This document shows, in pieces, positions 9,349 to 18,817 of a stretch of 64,000 bases of DNA. Below the pieces are notes generated by a model that was not told the DNA's origin, did no database searches, and saw only the letters and a program-made list of their open reading frames with translations. The first letter of the stretch is position 1. Each line of letters opens with the position of its first letter. Source of the stretch: a virus; IMG/VR virus record IMGVR_UViG_3300035698_017437, positions 1 to 64,000 of that record; one strand, 5' to 3'. The position numbers and the translations under genes are program-made.

Positions 9349-9618
9349 ATGAAAAATATAATTTTACTCGCCATCGGATCTATTTTCTGTCTTTGGGCCT
9401 CTTCTGCTATAGTAGCTGGTATTGTTTCTGCTGGAGGTTTTGTTTCCTTTGCCTCAATGTTTATGAGTTCAATAGGTTTGACTACAACATGTTTCACTTT
9501 AGTAGACTTCTATACCTCCATAAAAGGAATAGAATATATCATCTGTGCTATGTTTTTTGTTGCTTTCCCTTTATTCTTCTCTTTTATAAACAAACCTGCC
9601 CTAAAAGTTGTAGCCTAA
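9349..9618 (+). CDS. Small membrane protein with HmcD-like C-terminal segment
   Basis: TLVDFYTSIKGIEYIICAMFFVAFPLFFSFINK resembles small subunits of sulfate-reducer Hmc-type complexes. Confidence 0.5.
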   Translation: MKNIILLAIGSIFCLWASSAIVAGIVSAGGFVSFASMFMSSIGLTTTCFTLVDFYTSIKGIEYIICAMFFVAFPLFFSFINKPALKVVA

Positions 9619-9623
9619 ACCAA

Positions 9624-9662
9624 TAAGGGATCTAAAATATCCTTAAAATTAGATCCCTTATT
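9624..9662. terminator. Inverted-repeat terminator (possibly bidirectional)
   Basis: TAAGGGATCTAA...TTAGATCCCTTA stem. Confidence 0.7.
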
Positions 9663-9767
9663 CATTCCTTATAATAACACATTCCTATTCCTTTGTCAAG
9701 CTTTATTATTCTCATTTCTAATCTTTTATAAATAGTATCAGACACTTAACTATAAGAGAGGAGAAAA

Positions 9768-10151
9768 ATGAAAAATGAACTAATAGAACATGACGGAAAC
9801 CCTTATGTTCCATCAATATATGAGAAAGATGCTGTTGCTGAGGACATAGATGATGCCAGTCAAACATACAAAACCCTTATAGAAAAGGGTGGAGAAGCAT
9901 TAGATATTGCCTTTGATATCCTTGAAGGAACGGAACATCCTAGAGCTGTGGAAACCTTCTCTGGTCTTATGAAAACAATATCAGATGTTACTTCCAAAAT
10001 GGTAGATCTTCAGATAACTAAAAAAGAGTTGGCTGGAGCTGGCGAGTCAAAATCTCCAAATGATGAAAAAACATCAAACACCCAAAACAATTTCTATGTT
10101 GGTACTCCAGCAGAACTCCAAGAATTATTAAGGAATGGCGATAATGAATGA
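9768..10151 (+). CDS. gp16: Terminase small subunit gp16
   Basis: EHPRAVE motif, NNFYVGTPAELQ C-terminus; late promoter upstream; synteny. Confidence 0.9.
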   Translation: MKNELIEHDGNPYVPSIYEKDAVAEDIDDASQTYKTLIEKGGEALDIAFDILEGTEHPRAVETFSGLMKTISDVTSKMVDLQITKKELAGAGESKSPNDEKTSNTQNNFYVGTPAELQELLRNGDNE

Positions 10152-10506
10152 TACAGGATTTAGAGGGAATACGAATCTAAAAAGATCTGGAGTAAAACAA
10201 GAATGGACAAAAAAACAGATCCTTGAATATAAAAAATCAATGAATGATCCGATTTATTTCGTAGAGAAATATATGAAAATTGTCCATATTGATAAAGGCG
10301 TTGTTCCATTCAAAATGTGGGATTTTCAGAAAGAATTGATCCAAACCCTCCATAATAATCGCTTTATTGTAGGCAAGTATCCGAGACAAACTGGTAAGTG
10401 CCTATTGTTTGAAACTGCTATAAATATACGTGATAAGAAGACGAAAGAGGTCAAACGTGTATCAATAGGAGAATTATATGAGAAAGTCAAGGAATGTGAA
10501 ATGTGA
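10135..10506 (+). CDS. gp17: Terminase large subunit N-part + split intein N-fragment (35 aa, 10399-10503)
   Basis: GNTNLKR, DPIYF, PRQTGK Walker A followed by CLLFETAINI (intein block A) then stop. Confidence 0.93.
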   Translation: MAIMNDTGFRGNTNLKRSGVKQEWTKKQILEYKKSMNDPIYFVEKYMKIVHIDKGVVPFKMWDFQKELIQTLHNNRFIVGKYPRQTGKCLLFETAINIRDKKTKEVKRVSIGELYEKVKECEM

Positions 10507-11669
10507 AATTTGTGGAATAGAGATTTCTGTATATAATATAGGAATGCATGTAAAGAAATATCATGATTGGGATCCTAAGGAATATAAACTAAAATATTTC
10601 AAGAAAGAGAAGAAAACTGTATCCTTTTGTGGAACAACTCATAAGAAGGGTATTATCAAGAGATATATTCTTGAATTTGAAAAGGCGTTAGGTAGGAAAT
10701 TATCACTTTCTGAGTTGAAATTTTATCTTATAGTAAGAACATCCAAAGGATGTAATGTTTTGATAATGAGAGATGTAATGGAGAATCCTGAGGTTGAGGT
10801 AAATGAATATGTTGATAGATATTATAGGATAATTACTTTTGAGGGTAATCCTCTTGATCCTCATTCAGGTTATATGAAACTGAGACATGGTAAAGTTTAT
10901 CATAAGAATCATATAAAAAGAATGTCTAAACAGATCAAGGGAGATAAAAATCCAGCATATCAACATGGAGGAAGGTTATCTCCATTTTCAAAAAAGTTTT
11001 TGAAAGGAGATATATCTGAACAAACGAAAGAAAAAGCAATACAGACAAAGAGAAGTAGACCTCACTCACAGAACACAAATATTGAATATTTCCTTCATAA
11101 TAAGACAAATGGTAATTGGGATCTTGCTCAACATCTTCTTTTTGAACGTCAAGCTGTAGGTAGAAAATCAAAATTCATAGAAAGATATGGAGAAGAGGAA
11201 GGCATAAAGAGATGGAAATCAAGACAAGAGAAATGGCAAACTACTCTGAAATCTAAATCTATAGAGGAAATAGCAGAAATAAACATGAAAAAGTGTTCGG
11301 CTGGTTATATTGAATCTAAAAAATGAAAAGGAATTGTTCAAGGAATTAAGGGAGAGATCTTGTAAGGATATCACAAAACAATTGAAAATCCCTTATGATG
11401 GAGTTCGTTATTTTAGTTATGATATTTCATATAAAAATAAATTGATAGAGTATAATGGAGATTTCTGGCATAGTAATCCATTATTATATGAGGAGAATTT
11501 TGTGAATCCTATAAGTAAAAGATCTGCTAAATATATTTGGAAGAATGATGCTAGAAAAAGGGATGTTGCTTTATCTAATGGATATGAGTTGCTTGTTATA
11601 TGGGAGAGTGATTATAATGATAATCCTGAAAAGGAAATACAAAAATGTTTGGAGTTTTTGAATGAATAA
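10478..11669 (+). mobile_element. Free-standing VSR/DUF559-like homing endonuclease between intein halves, frameshifted at the A6 run 11318-11323
   Basis: N-terminal C2H2 finger, ERYGEEEG repeat, C-terminal YD...IEYNGDFWH..D..K...GY..LVIWESD; removing one A joins ORFs 10478 and 11310 (SKNEKELF). Confidence 0.8.
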
Positions 11670-13416
11670 TTTATCAGATTCAATGGAAAGAAAATATATT
11701 GATTCCTTTGAGGTTGATGATTGGGAAATAGAATCAGATTCTGGCTGGATAGATATAAACTCTATATCAAAAACTATTGAATATGAAAAATTTATTATTA
11801 CTACAGAATCGGGCAAATATCTAGAATGTGCTGATGATCATATAATTTTTGATGAAAATATGAATGAGCTTTTTGTGAAAGATTGTGTATCAAATGGAAC
11901 AAAAATCATAACAAAAGATGGTCCTGAATTGGTTATATCTGTATTGAAAACTGATATATCTGAAAATATGTATGATTTATCAGTTCAAGGAGATAATAGA
12001 TTTTATTCTAATGATATTCTTTCTCATAATTCTACTACCGTTGCCGCTTATATTCTACACTATATTATATTCAATTCAGAGAAAACAGTAGCCATTCTTG
12101 CGAATAAAGCCGCAGGTGCTAGAGAGATTTTATCAAGAATTCAAATGGCGTATGAATTATTACCTGATTGGTTATCACATGGAATAAAGGATTGGAACAA
12201 AGGATCTATTATGTTAGAGAATGGATCAAGAGTAATTGCCTCGGCAACTTCTAGTTCTGCTATTCGTGGTATGTCTTTATCTATGATTCTATTAGATGAG
12301 TATGCTTTTGTTCCAAGAAATATCGCTGATGAGTTTATCAGGTCTGTGTATCCTACTATTACATCTGGTAAATATTCTAAAGTTGTAGCCATTTCTACTC
12401 CTTTTGGTATGAATCATTTCTATAAATTATGGGAAGATGCTAAAGCTGGTAGAAATGAATATGTTCCTTGTAAAGCTCATTGGCAAGATGTGCCCGGAAG
12501 AGATGAGAAGTGGAAACAAGAGACAATAAATAATATAGGAGAGGAAGCTTTCGGACAGGAAATGGCTTGCGAGTTCCAGGGCTCCTCGGGATCTTTGATA
12601 AATTCTTATACTTTGAAGAATCTATTTCATAAGATACCAATAAAAAATCAAGATTCTCTTATAATATATGAATTTCCTGAACTAGAAAGACAATATGTGA
12701 CTGTTGTTGATGTTGCCCAAGGTCAAGGATTAGATTATTCTGTAGCTAATGTTATAGATATTACATCTATGCCTTTCCGTCAAGTAGCTATTTTCAGAGA
12801 TAACACTATTGATCCTTTATTTCTTCCTGAAGTTTTATTCAATCTAGGAACTAGATATAACAATTCTTTTGTTTTAGTAGAAAGAAATGATCAAGGAACC
12901 CAAGTGGTTAATGATTTATATGAAGATTTTGAATATGATAATATAATCATGACCTCAATGAATGGGAGAAAAGGACAACAAGTTTCTGGAGGGTTCGGTA
13001 CACAAACAAGTTTAGGAGTGAAAACAACAAAACAAACAAAATCTTTGGGATGTTCAGGACTAAAATCTCTTATGGAACAACAAGAATTGATTGTTGTTGA
13101 TTTCAATACAATAGAGGAATTATCTGTATTTGTTAGAGATAGAACCAGTTATGCCGCAGAAGAAGGATATAATGATGATATTTCCATGACCTTAGTTCTT
13201 TTCTCTTGGTTAGTGAATCAAAAATATTTTAGAGAATCAATGGATCTTGATGCTAGAGCTAAACTAAGTGAAAAATATCATAAACAAATAGAAGAAGAAT
13301 TGTTGCCTTTTGGTTTTTTGAATGATGGATTAGAAGATCAAATTGATGACGAAATTGACCCAGAATTTGGAAATTCTGGAATTCAAATGCCTGGAACCCC
13401 ATTCACAAACTGGTAA
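11662..13416 (+). CDS. gp17: Split intein C-fragment (123 aa, 11662-12030) + terminase large subunit C-part
   Basis: LECADDH block B, MYDLSV, FYSNDILSHN|S splice junction; then LLDEYAF Walker B, STP.GMNHF, VDVA.G.G.DYS nuclease, DDISM. Confidence 0.95.
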   Translation: MNNLSDSMERKYIDSFEVDDWEIESDSGWIDINSISKTIEYEKFIITTESGKYLECADDHIIFDENMNELFVKDCVSNGTKIITKDGPELVISVLKTDISENMYDLSVQGDNRFYSNDILSHNSTTVAAYILHYIIFNSEKTVAILANKAAGAREILSRIQMAYELLPDWLSHGIKDWNKGSIMLENGSRVIASATSSSAIRGMSLSMILLDEYAFVPRNIADEFIRSVYPTITSGKYSKVVAISTPFGMNHFYKLWEDAKAGRNEYVPCKAHWQDVPGRDEKWKQETINNIGEEAFGQEMACEFQGSSGSLINSYTLKNLFHKIPIKNQDSLIIYEFPELERQYVTVVDVAQGQGLDYSVANVIDITSMPFRQVAIFRDNTIDPLFLPEVLFNLGTRYNNSFVLVERNDQGTQVVNDLYEDFEYDNIIMTSMNGRKGQQVSGGFGTQTSLGVKTTKQTKSLGCSGLKSLMEQQELIVVDFNTIEELSVFVRDRTSYAAEEGYNDDISMTLVLFSWLVNQKYFRESMDLDARAKLSEKYHKQIEEELLPFGFLNDGLEDQIDDEIDPEFGNSGIQMPGTPFTNW

Positions 13417-13418
13417 AT

Positions 13419-13658
13419 ATGAAAACATATACAGAACTAAATGAAGAACAAACAGAAAAAGAGCTTAGGTGTAGAAAACACCAATGGATACATTCTGGAG
13501 AATCTAGAACATATATACATTCTGGTCATGGTAAATATCTAGGAGTGAAACATAAACAAACATGTTTATCTTGTGGCGCTGTAAGATGGATAAATGGCTC
13601 AACAGGTAATAAAGCTTGTGATAATAATACAAAAGGTGTTTTCGGAGATACTGAATAA
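13419..13658 (+). CDS. Small zinc-binding protein, possible internal head protein
   Basis: MKTYTELNE targeting-like N-terminus; C..H.W and C..C. Confidence 0.5.
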   Translation: MKTYTELNEEQTEKELRCRKHQWIHSGESRTYIHSGHGKYLGVKHKQTCLSCGAVRWINGSTGNKACDNNTKGVFGDTE

Positions 13659-13737
13659 CAGATAGAAATTCAAATTCATAAATACATGTAGGAATGATTT
13701 TTGAATTCACTTTTTATAAAAATAAAGGAGAACATAT

Positions 13738-15720
13738 ATGCCGCTACATACCCAACTTTCACCTGGAGTTTCCTCTAGGGAGATAGACCTAACGAATATT
13801 GTACCTCAAACAGCGATCACAAATGGAGCTGTTGTTGGAGGATTCACTTGGGGTCCAGTAGATGATATTCAAACAATTAGTTCAGAAAATAAATTAGTAG
13901 ATCAATTTGGTATTCCAACAGACGATGTTTACATGCATTGGTTTGCCGCTAAGAATTTTCTGTCTTACTCAAGAAACCTAAAAGTTGTTCGTGTTGTTGA
14001 TACAACATCTGCTACTCCTGCTCTAAACGCAACAGCTATTGCTGGAGGAGAATTGATCAAAAATGAAACTGAATGGACAGATGATTATTCTTCTGGTAAT
14101 TCTGATGCTTTTGGAGTTTTTGCTGCCAAATATCCTGGCTCTCTAGGTAATGGCGTTGTTATTGAAATGGCAGATTCAGCAACATATACTTCCGTTGATG
14201 AAAGAACAATTGTTATTACTGATGCTGGTTCTGATTATACCTCAGCAGACGATCATGGAACAGTAGTAACCTTTTCAGCCCCTCCAGTGAATGGAGTTCA
14301 AGCTACAGGAACTCTAAATGTTGTTGCTGATATTGTAACTGGAATCACTGTTACAGAAGAAGGTTCAGGATATCTCGTTCCTCCTACTATCACTATTGGA
14401 CTCTCTACTGCTGGAGCATCAACAGCAACAGCAAATTCAGGATTATGGAAATATAGAGACCAATTCTTAACAACTCCTGGAACCTCAGATTATTGTGAAA
14501 GAAAAGGTGGAACAAACGATGAACTTCATATAATTATTATTGATGGATCTGGTTTATTTACCGGAGAAGCTGGTAATATAATGGAACGATTCTCTTTCGT
14601 ATCTAAAGCCTCTGATGCTATGTTTGACGATGGAACAAGAGCTTATTATGTTAATGTTCTAAGAGATAGATCAAAATATGTTTATTGGATGGATCATCCT
14701 TCTGTTGTAGATGCCACTTGGGGAACAACTGCTTCTCTAACTGATTTCGGTTCTCTTCCTCTTATTGAGAAAGCTACCCTTCAAGATGGAGTAAATGGCG
14801 AGTCTGTAACAAATAATGAACTATTCCCTGGTTGGGATATGTTCAGAAATAAAGAAGTAATTGATATTGGCGATGTAATTGTTTCCCCAACCCATCTCCA
14901 ATCAGACCAAGAAGCTAATGTTCTGAAAGATTATGTTATTCAAAATATTGGTGATATCCGAAGAGATTGTGTAGTCTTTATTTCTCCTAATCTTTCCGAT
15001 GTTGTGCATAATGTTGGAAATGAAGCCGAGGATTGTATCACAATGAGAAACGTTCTTACTTCTTCTTCTTATGCTTTCCTTGATTCAAATTGGAAATATC
15101 AATTTGATGTCCATAATGACACTTATAGATGGTTGCCTTGTTGTGCTGATATTGCTGGCATTTCTGCTAGAACCGATACTGATGCCGATCCTTGGTGGAG
15201 TATAGCAGGTTTCAATAGAGGTCACTTGAAAAATGTTGTGAAACTTGCTTGGAATCCTGATCATACCGATAGAGATGAATTATATCAAAATGGTATAAAT
15301 CCAGTGAATACTTTCGCAGGTGAAGGTACCCTACTTTACGGCGATAAAACGATGCTCACCAAACCTAGCGCCTTTGACCGCATTAATGTGCGAAAATTAT
15401 TTATTGTTTTAGAAAAGTCTATTGAGAAAGCTAGTAAATATATGCTATTTGAGTTCAATGATGAAATTACTAGATTGATGTTTGTACAAATGATTGAGCC
15501 TTTTCTCCGTGATGTCCAAGGTAGACGTGGTATCATAGACTTTCAAGTAATTTGTGATGAAACTAATAACACTCCGTATGTTGTGGATTCTAATAATTTT
15601 GTAGGGGATATTTTTATTAAGCCAGCCCGATCAATTAATTATATTTCCTTGAACTTTATCGCTACAGGAACTGGAATTGAGTTTACGATTGCTCAGGATA
15701 TGGTAAACAATACCTTGTAA
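13738..15720 (+). CDS. gp18: Tail sheath protein gp18
   Basis: LSPGV..REIDLT, F.WGPV, AKYPG.LGN, PWWS.AG.NRG, FDRINVR.LF, IKPARSINYI.LNF. Confidence 0.97.
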   Translation: MPLHTQLSPGVSSREIDLTNIVPQTAITNGAVVGGFTWGPVDDIQTISSENKLVDQFGIPTDDVYMHWFAAKNFLSYSRNLKVVRVVDTTSATPALNATAIAGGELIKNETEWTDDYSSGNSDAFGVFAAKYPGSLGNGVVIEMADSATYTSVDERTIVITDAGSDYTSADDHGTVVTFSAPPVNGVQATGTLNVVADIVTGITVTEEGSGYLVPPTITIGLSTAGASTATANSGLWKYRDQFLTTPGTSDYCERKGGTNDELHIIIIDGSGLFTGEAGNIMERFSFVSKASDAMFDDGTRAYYVNVLRDRSKYVYWMDHPSVVDATWGTTASLTDFGSLPLIEKATLQDGVNGESVTNNELFPGWDMFRNKEVIDIGDVIVSPTHLQSDQEANVLKDYVIQNIGDIRRDCVVFISPNLSDVVHNVGNEAEDCITMRNVLTSSSYAFLDSNWKYQFDVHNDTYRWLPCCADIAGISARTDTDADPWWSIAGFNRGHLKNVVKLAWNPDHTDRDELYQNGINPVNTFAGEGTLLYGDKTMLTKPSAFDRINVRKLFIVLEKSIEKASKYMLFEFNDEITRLMFVQMIEPFLRDVQGRRGIIDFQVICDETNNTPYVVDSNNFVGDIFIKPARSINYISLNFIATGTGIEFTIAQDMVNNTL

Positions 15721-15744
15721 TAAGTATAAATAGGTTATGATACA

Positions 15745-15864
15745 ATGATAAAGTGTGAGGAATAGGGTCATATTCCCGATAAGGAGTCAACCTAACTCTT
15801 TTCCTCACATCATTTTTATAATCGGATTTGGGATTGTGGTAATCAAGTTTGGGTTTTAGAATAA
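15745..15864 (+). mobile_element. Deleted endonuclease cassette (scar A): branched RNA + terminal codons YNRIWDCGNQVWVLE*
   Basis: TGTGAGGAA/TTCCTCACA stem enclosing two hairpins, then codons matching the C-terminus of the family of ORF 22053 (YRIYDCG). Confidence 0.7.
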
Positions 15865-15915
15865 GTATAAATAAGATAAACAAGAAATAATAACTTTCCA
15901 TAAAGGAGAAAATAT

Positions 15916-16422
15916 ATGAGTCTTTCCATATCAGAATTCAAAGCAAAATTGATTTCTGGAGCACGTCCAAATCTTTTCAAAGTTGAAATAGGAGAACTTG
16001 GAGCAAATCTTGCTTTTCTTTGTAAAGCTACTGAACTCCCAGGTTCCAATATAGGTGAAATAGAAGTTCCATATCAAGGTAGATCCCTAAAAGTTGCGGG
16101 AAATAGGACTTTTGACAATTGGGAGATAACAGTAATAAACGATGTTAATTTTGATATTCATAATCGGCTTATTGCTTGGATGGATAGTATCAATGCTCAC
16201 GAAGGTAATACTGGTGGTGGAGATCTTGCTTCTTATATGCGAGATGGAGCGGTAATCCAATTAGGAAGAGATGGTCAAGAGATCAAACGATATGATTTCA
16301 AAGATATTTGGCCTTCTGTTGTTGCTCCCCTTCCTCTAGATTGGGCCTCAAATGATGAACTGGAAGAGTTTCAATGTACTTTCACCATCGGTTCTTTTTG
16401 GGCTTCAGAGCAAACTAGTTAA
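15916..16422 (+). CDS. gp19: Tail tube protein gp19
   Basis: GARPNLFKV, FLCKA.ELPGS, GR.LKVAG.RTF..W..TVIND. Confidence 0.96.
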   Translation: MSLSISEFKAKLISGARPNLFKVEIGELGANLAFLCKATELPGSNIGEIEVPYQGRSLKVAGNRTFDNWEITVINDVNFDIHNRLIAWMDSINAHEGNTGGGDLASYMRDGAVIQLGRDGQEIKRYDFKDIWPSVVAPLPLDWASNDELEEFQCTFTIGSFWASEQTS

Positions 16423-16432
16423 AGTAAAATAT

Positions 16433-16524
16433 ATGAGGGCTTAGGGACTTAAGCCTGAAAGGTGATAATCCATCACTTGCCCTCATTTATATTGGGATTG
16501 TGGTAATCAAGTTTGGGTTTTATA
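16433..16524 (+). mobile_element. Deleted endonuclease cassette (scar B): branched RNA + codons WDCGNQVWVL*
   Basis: ATGAGGGC/GCCCTCAT stem with two inner hairpins; 31 bp TTGGGATTGTGGTAATCAAGTTTGGGTTTTA identical to scar A. Confidence 0.7.
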
Positions 16525-16540
16525 AAAACGAGGAAATAAT

Positions 16541-18175
16541 TTGAATATTTTTGGTTGGGAAATAAACAAGACTGATTTTGAGGAAGAGGTCCCAGAATCT
16601 CAAAACAGAGTTGATTTAGAATCTGATGGTTCTATGGATATTGTCTCCGCTGGTGGTCAAATGGTTTCTTATTTGGAAGACCATATTCCCCAAGAAGAAA
16701 TAGAACAAATTCTAACATATAGAAAAATTGCGTCTTATCCTGAAGTTGATAGAGCTATAACAGAAATTGTAGGAGATGCCGTTACTGTCAATGAAGACAA
16801 TGAGCCATTTCCTGTAAAATTGAATATGGATAATTGTGAAAAACTATCTGATAATATCAAAGAAAAGATAAATGATGAATTCAAAGAAATTCTTTATATG
16901 TTGAATTTTGATAAATTTATGGGAAAATATTTCCGTAAATGGTATATAGATTCTAGAATAGGGTTTCATCTTATTATAGATAAAAATAAAATGAAAGATG
17001 GTATTCAAGAAATAATTCAATTGGATTCTACTCGCCTAAAGAAATATAGAAAAATTGAAAAAGAAAAAAATGCGGAGGGTGTTGAGGTTGTAATATCTTC
17101 TAAAAATTATTTTATATATTTCCCAAAAGAGAATTGGGAACATAATCAAATATCTAACGTCAAATCATATCTAACAGCAAAAAATGTATTAAGGTTTGAG
17201 GAAGAAGTTATCACCTATGCGGATAGTGGTTTATTAGATGAAAATGATAACACAATATCTCATTTATATAAAGCAATTCGTCCAGCAAATCAATTGAACA
17301 TGTTAGAAGATGCTTTGGTTGTATATCGGCTAGTAAGAGCACCTGAGAAAAGAGCAATATATGTTGATGTTGGTTCATTACCCGCTCAAAAAGCAGAACA
17401 ATATCTTGCTAATACCATGAACAAATATAAGAATAAAATTTCTTATGATTCTAAAACAGGTAAGGTTAGGAATGGTACAGATGCTCTCTCAATGACTCAA
17501 GACTATTGGTTGGCTCGCCGGGAAGGTGGAAAAGGAACAGAAATAACAACTCTTTCTGGTGGAGAGAATCTTTCCCAAATTGAGGATGTTATATATTTCA
17601 GAAAGAAATTATATGAATCTTTGAATGTTCCTTCTTCAAGAATGGAATCAGAGACAATGTTTTCTCTAGGTAGAGAAGGTGAAATAACAAGAGATGAAGT
17701 CAAATTTTCTAAATTCATTACAGATCTAAGGAATTATTTCGGTTATTCTATCTTCAATGATATCCTAAGAAAACAAGTTATCCTTAAAAAGATTATGCGA
17801 ATTGATGAATGGAATAAAATAGAAAAGAGTATTTTATATGATTTCATTGAAGATTCCCATTTTTCTGAGATGAGAAATCTTGAGGTAATAAAGTCAAGAT
17901 TAGAAGTGTTGGATGGAATGAATGATTATGCTGAAGATTATTTTTCAAAGACAATGATTAGGAGAGAAATCCTCAATCAAACAGAAGAAGAAGTTACAGA
18001 TTTGAAAAAAGAACGAGATGAAGAATCTAAAGATCCAGAAGAAAACTCTATTGAAGATATGCCCATAAGGGGACAAAGTGAACCTGAAATAGAAGAGCCT
18101 GAAGAGCCTGAAGAGCCTGAAGAGCCCGAAGAGTCCGAAAACAATCCTAACGAGGTCCCTAAAGATGAAAAATAA
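16541..18175 (+). CDS. gp20: Portal protein gp20
   Basis: FRKWYIDSR, ANQL.MLEDALVVYR..RAPE, DYWL.RREGGKGTEITTL.GG, ITRDEVKF. Confidence 0.97.
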   Translation: MNIFGWEINKTDFEEEVPESQNRVDLESDGSMDIVSAGGQMVSYLEDHIPQEEIEQILTYRKIASYPEVDRAITEIVGDAVTVNEDNEPFPVKLNMDNCEKLSDNIKEKINDEFKEILYMLNFDKFMGKYFRKWYIDSRIGFHLIIDKNKMKDGIQEIIQLDSTRLKKYRKIEKEKNAEGVEVVISSKNYFIYFPKENWEHNQISNVKSYLTAKNVLRFEEEVITYADSGLLDENDNTISHLYKAIRPANQLNMLEDALVVYRLVRAPEKRAIYVDVGSLPAQKAEQYLANTMNKYKNKISYDSKTGKVRNGTDALSMTQDYWLARREGGKGTEITTLSGGENLSQIEDVIYFRKKLYESLNVPSSRMESETMFSLGREGEITRDEVKFSKFITDLRNYFGYSIFNDILRKQVILKKIMRIDEWNKIEKSILYDFIEDSHFSEMRNLEVIKSRLEVLDGMNDYAEDYFSKTMIRREILNQTEEEVTDLKKERDEESKDPEENSIEDMPIRGQSEPEIEEPEEPEEPEEPEESENNPNEVPKDEK

Positions 18176-18512
18176 AGAACTTCTCCAATCAGTATTACAA
18201 TCAAAACCTTCAAATGTTGCTAATAATTTCAATTCTATTATGAAAACTGCCATTACAAATAGAATTGAAATCAAAAAGGCAGAAATGGGAGCAAATCTCT
18301 TACAAAGAGAAAATGTGAATGAAGCTAAAATGTCGGATGAAGATGTCCTAAGTGCCGCTAAACTTTTAGCTAAAAATGGAGATGATAAAGCTAAAGAATT
18401 TGCCAATGGATTGATATCTTATCATAAAGAAAATAATTCCTTCCATCCAAATCAAGTTTCAGGTTTACAAAATATCATGAAAAAAGCAAGTTTCCAATTA
18501 GCTAAAAAATAA
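18165..18512 (+). CDS. Prohead core protein (gp67/68 position)
   Basis: Between gp20 and gp21; F...M...I..RIE.KK pattern. Confidence 0.5.
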   Translation: MKNKELLQSVLQSKPSNVANNFNSIMKTAITNRIEIKKAEMGANLLQRENVNEAKMSDEDVLSAAKLLAKNGDDKAKEFANGLISYHKENNSFHPNQVSGLQNIMKKASFQLAKK

Positions 18513-18817
18513 TGCTAAAAGAAAAATCTGTTACTCTAAAAACAGGAATAATCATTTCATTATGGTTGAACGAACAAACCAATAAATGGGTAGCAGATAA
18601 AATATTAGCCGAAAATTCTATCTGTAATTTCAATAGATATATTATACAAGGTGAATGTGAGGATAGAAAAATGTTAACCTCCATTTTAGAGCATTATAAT
18701 AAATCTGATAAATATCATAAAGAAAAGATAAAATCAATGATAGATGAGGACGTAAAGAAAATTTCTCTAGTATATGATAGCATCCTCACATCAATAATAA
18801 TTGGAAAACTGAAATGA
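18512..18817 (+). CDS. Hypothetical protein in head module
   Basis: Translationally coupled on both sides. Confidence 0.55.
   Translation: MLKEKSVTLKTGIIISLWLNEQTNKWVADKILAENSICNFNRYIIQGECEDRKMLTSILEHYNKSDKYHKEKIKSMIDEDVKKISLVYDSILTSIIIGKLK

Noticed and set aside
10135-13416. Terminase (and gp41) as pseudogenes or assembly breaks
   Set aside because: Breaks fall exactly at intein Cys1 and HN|S junctions and the exteins rejoin into continuous Walker A motifs
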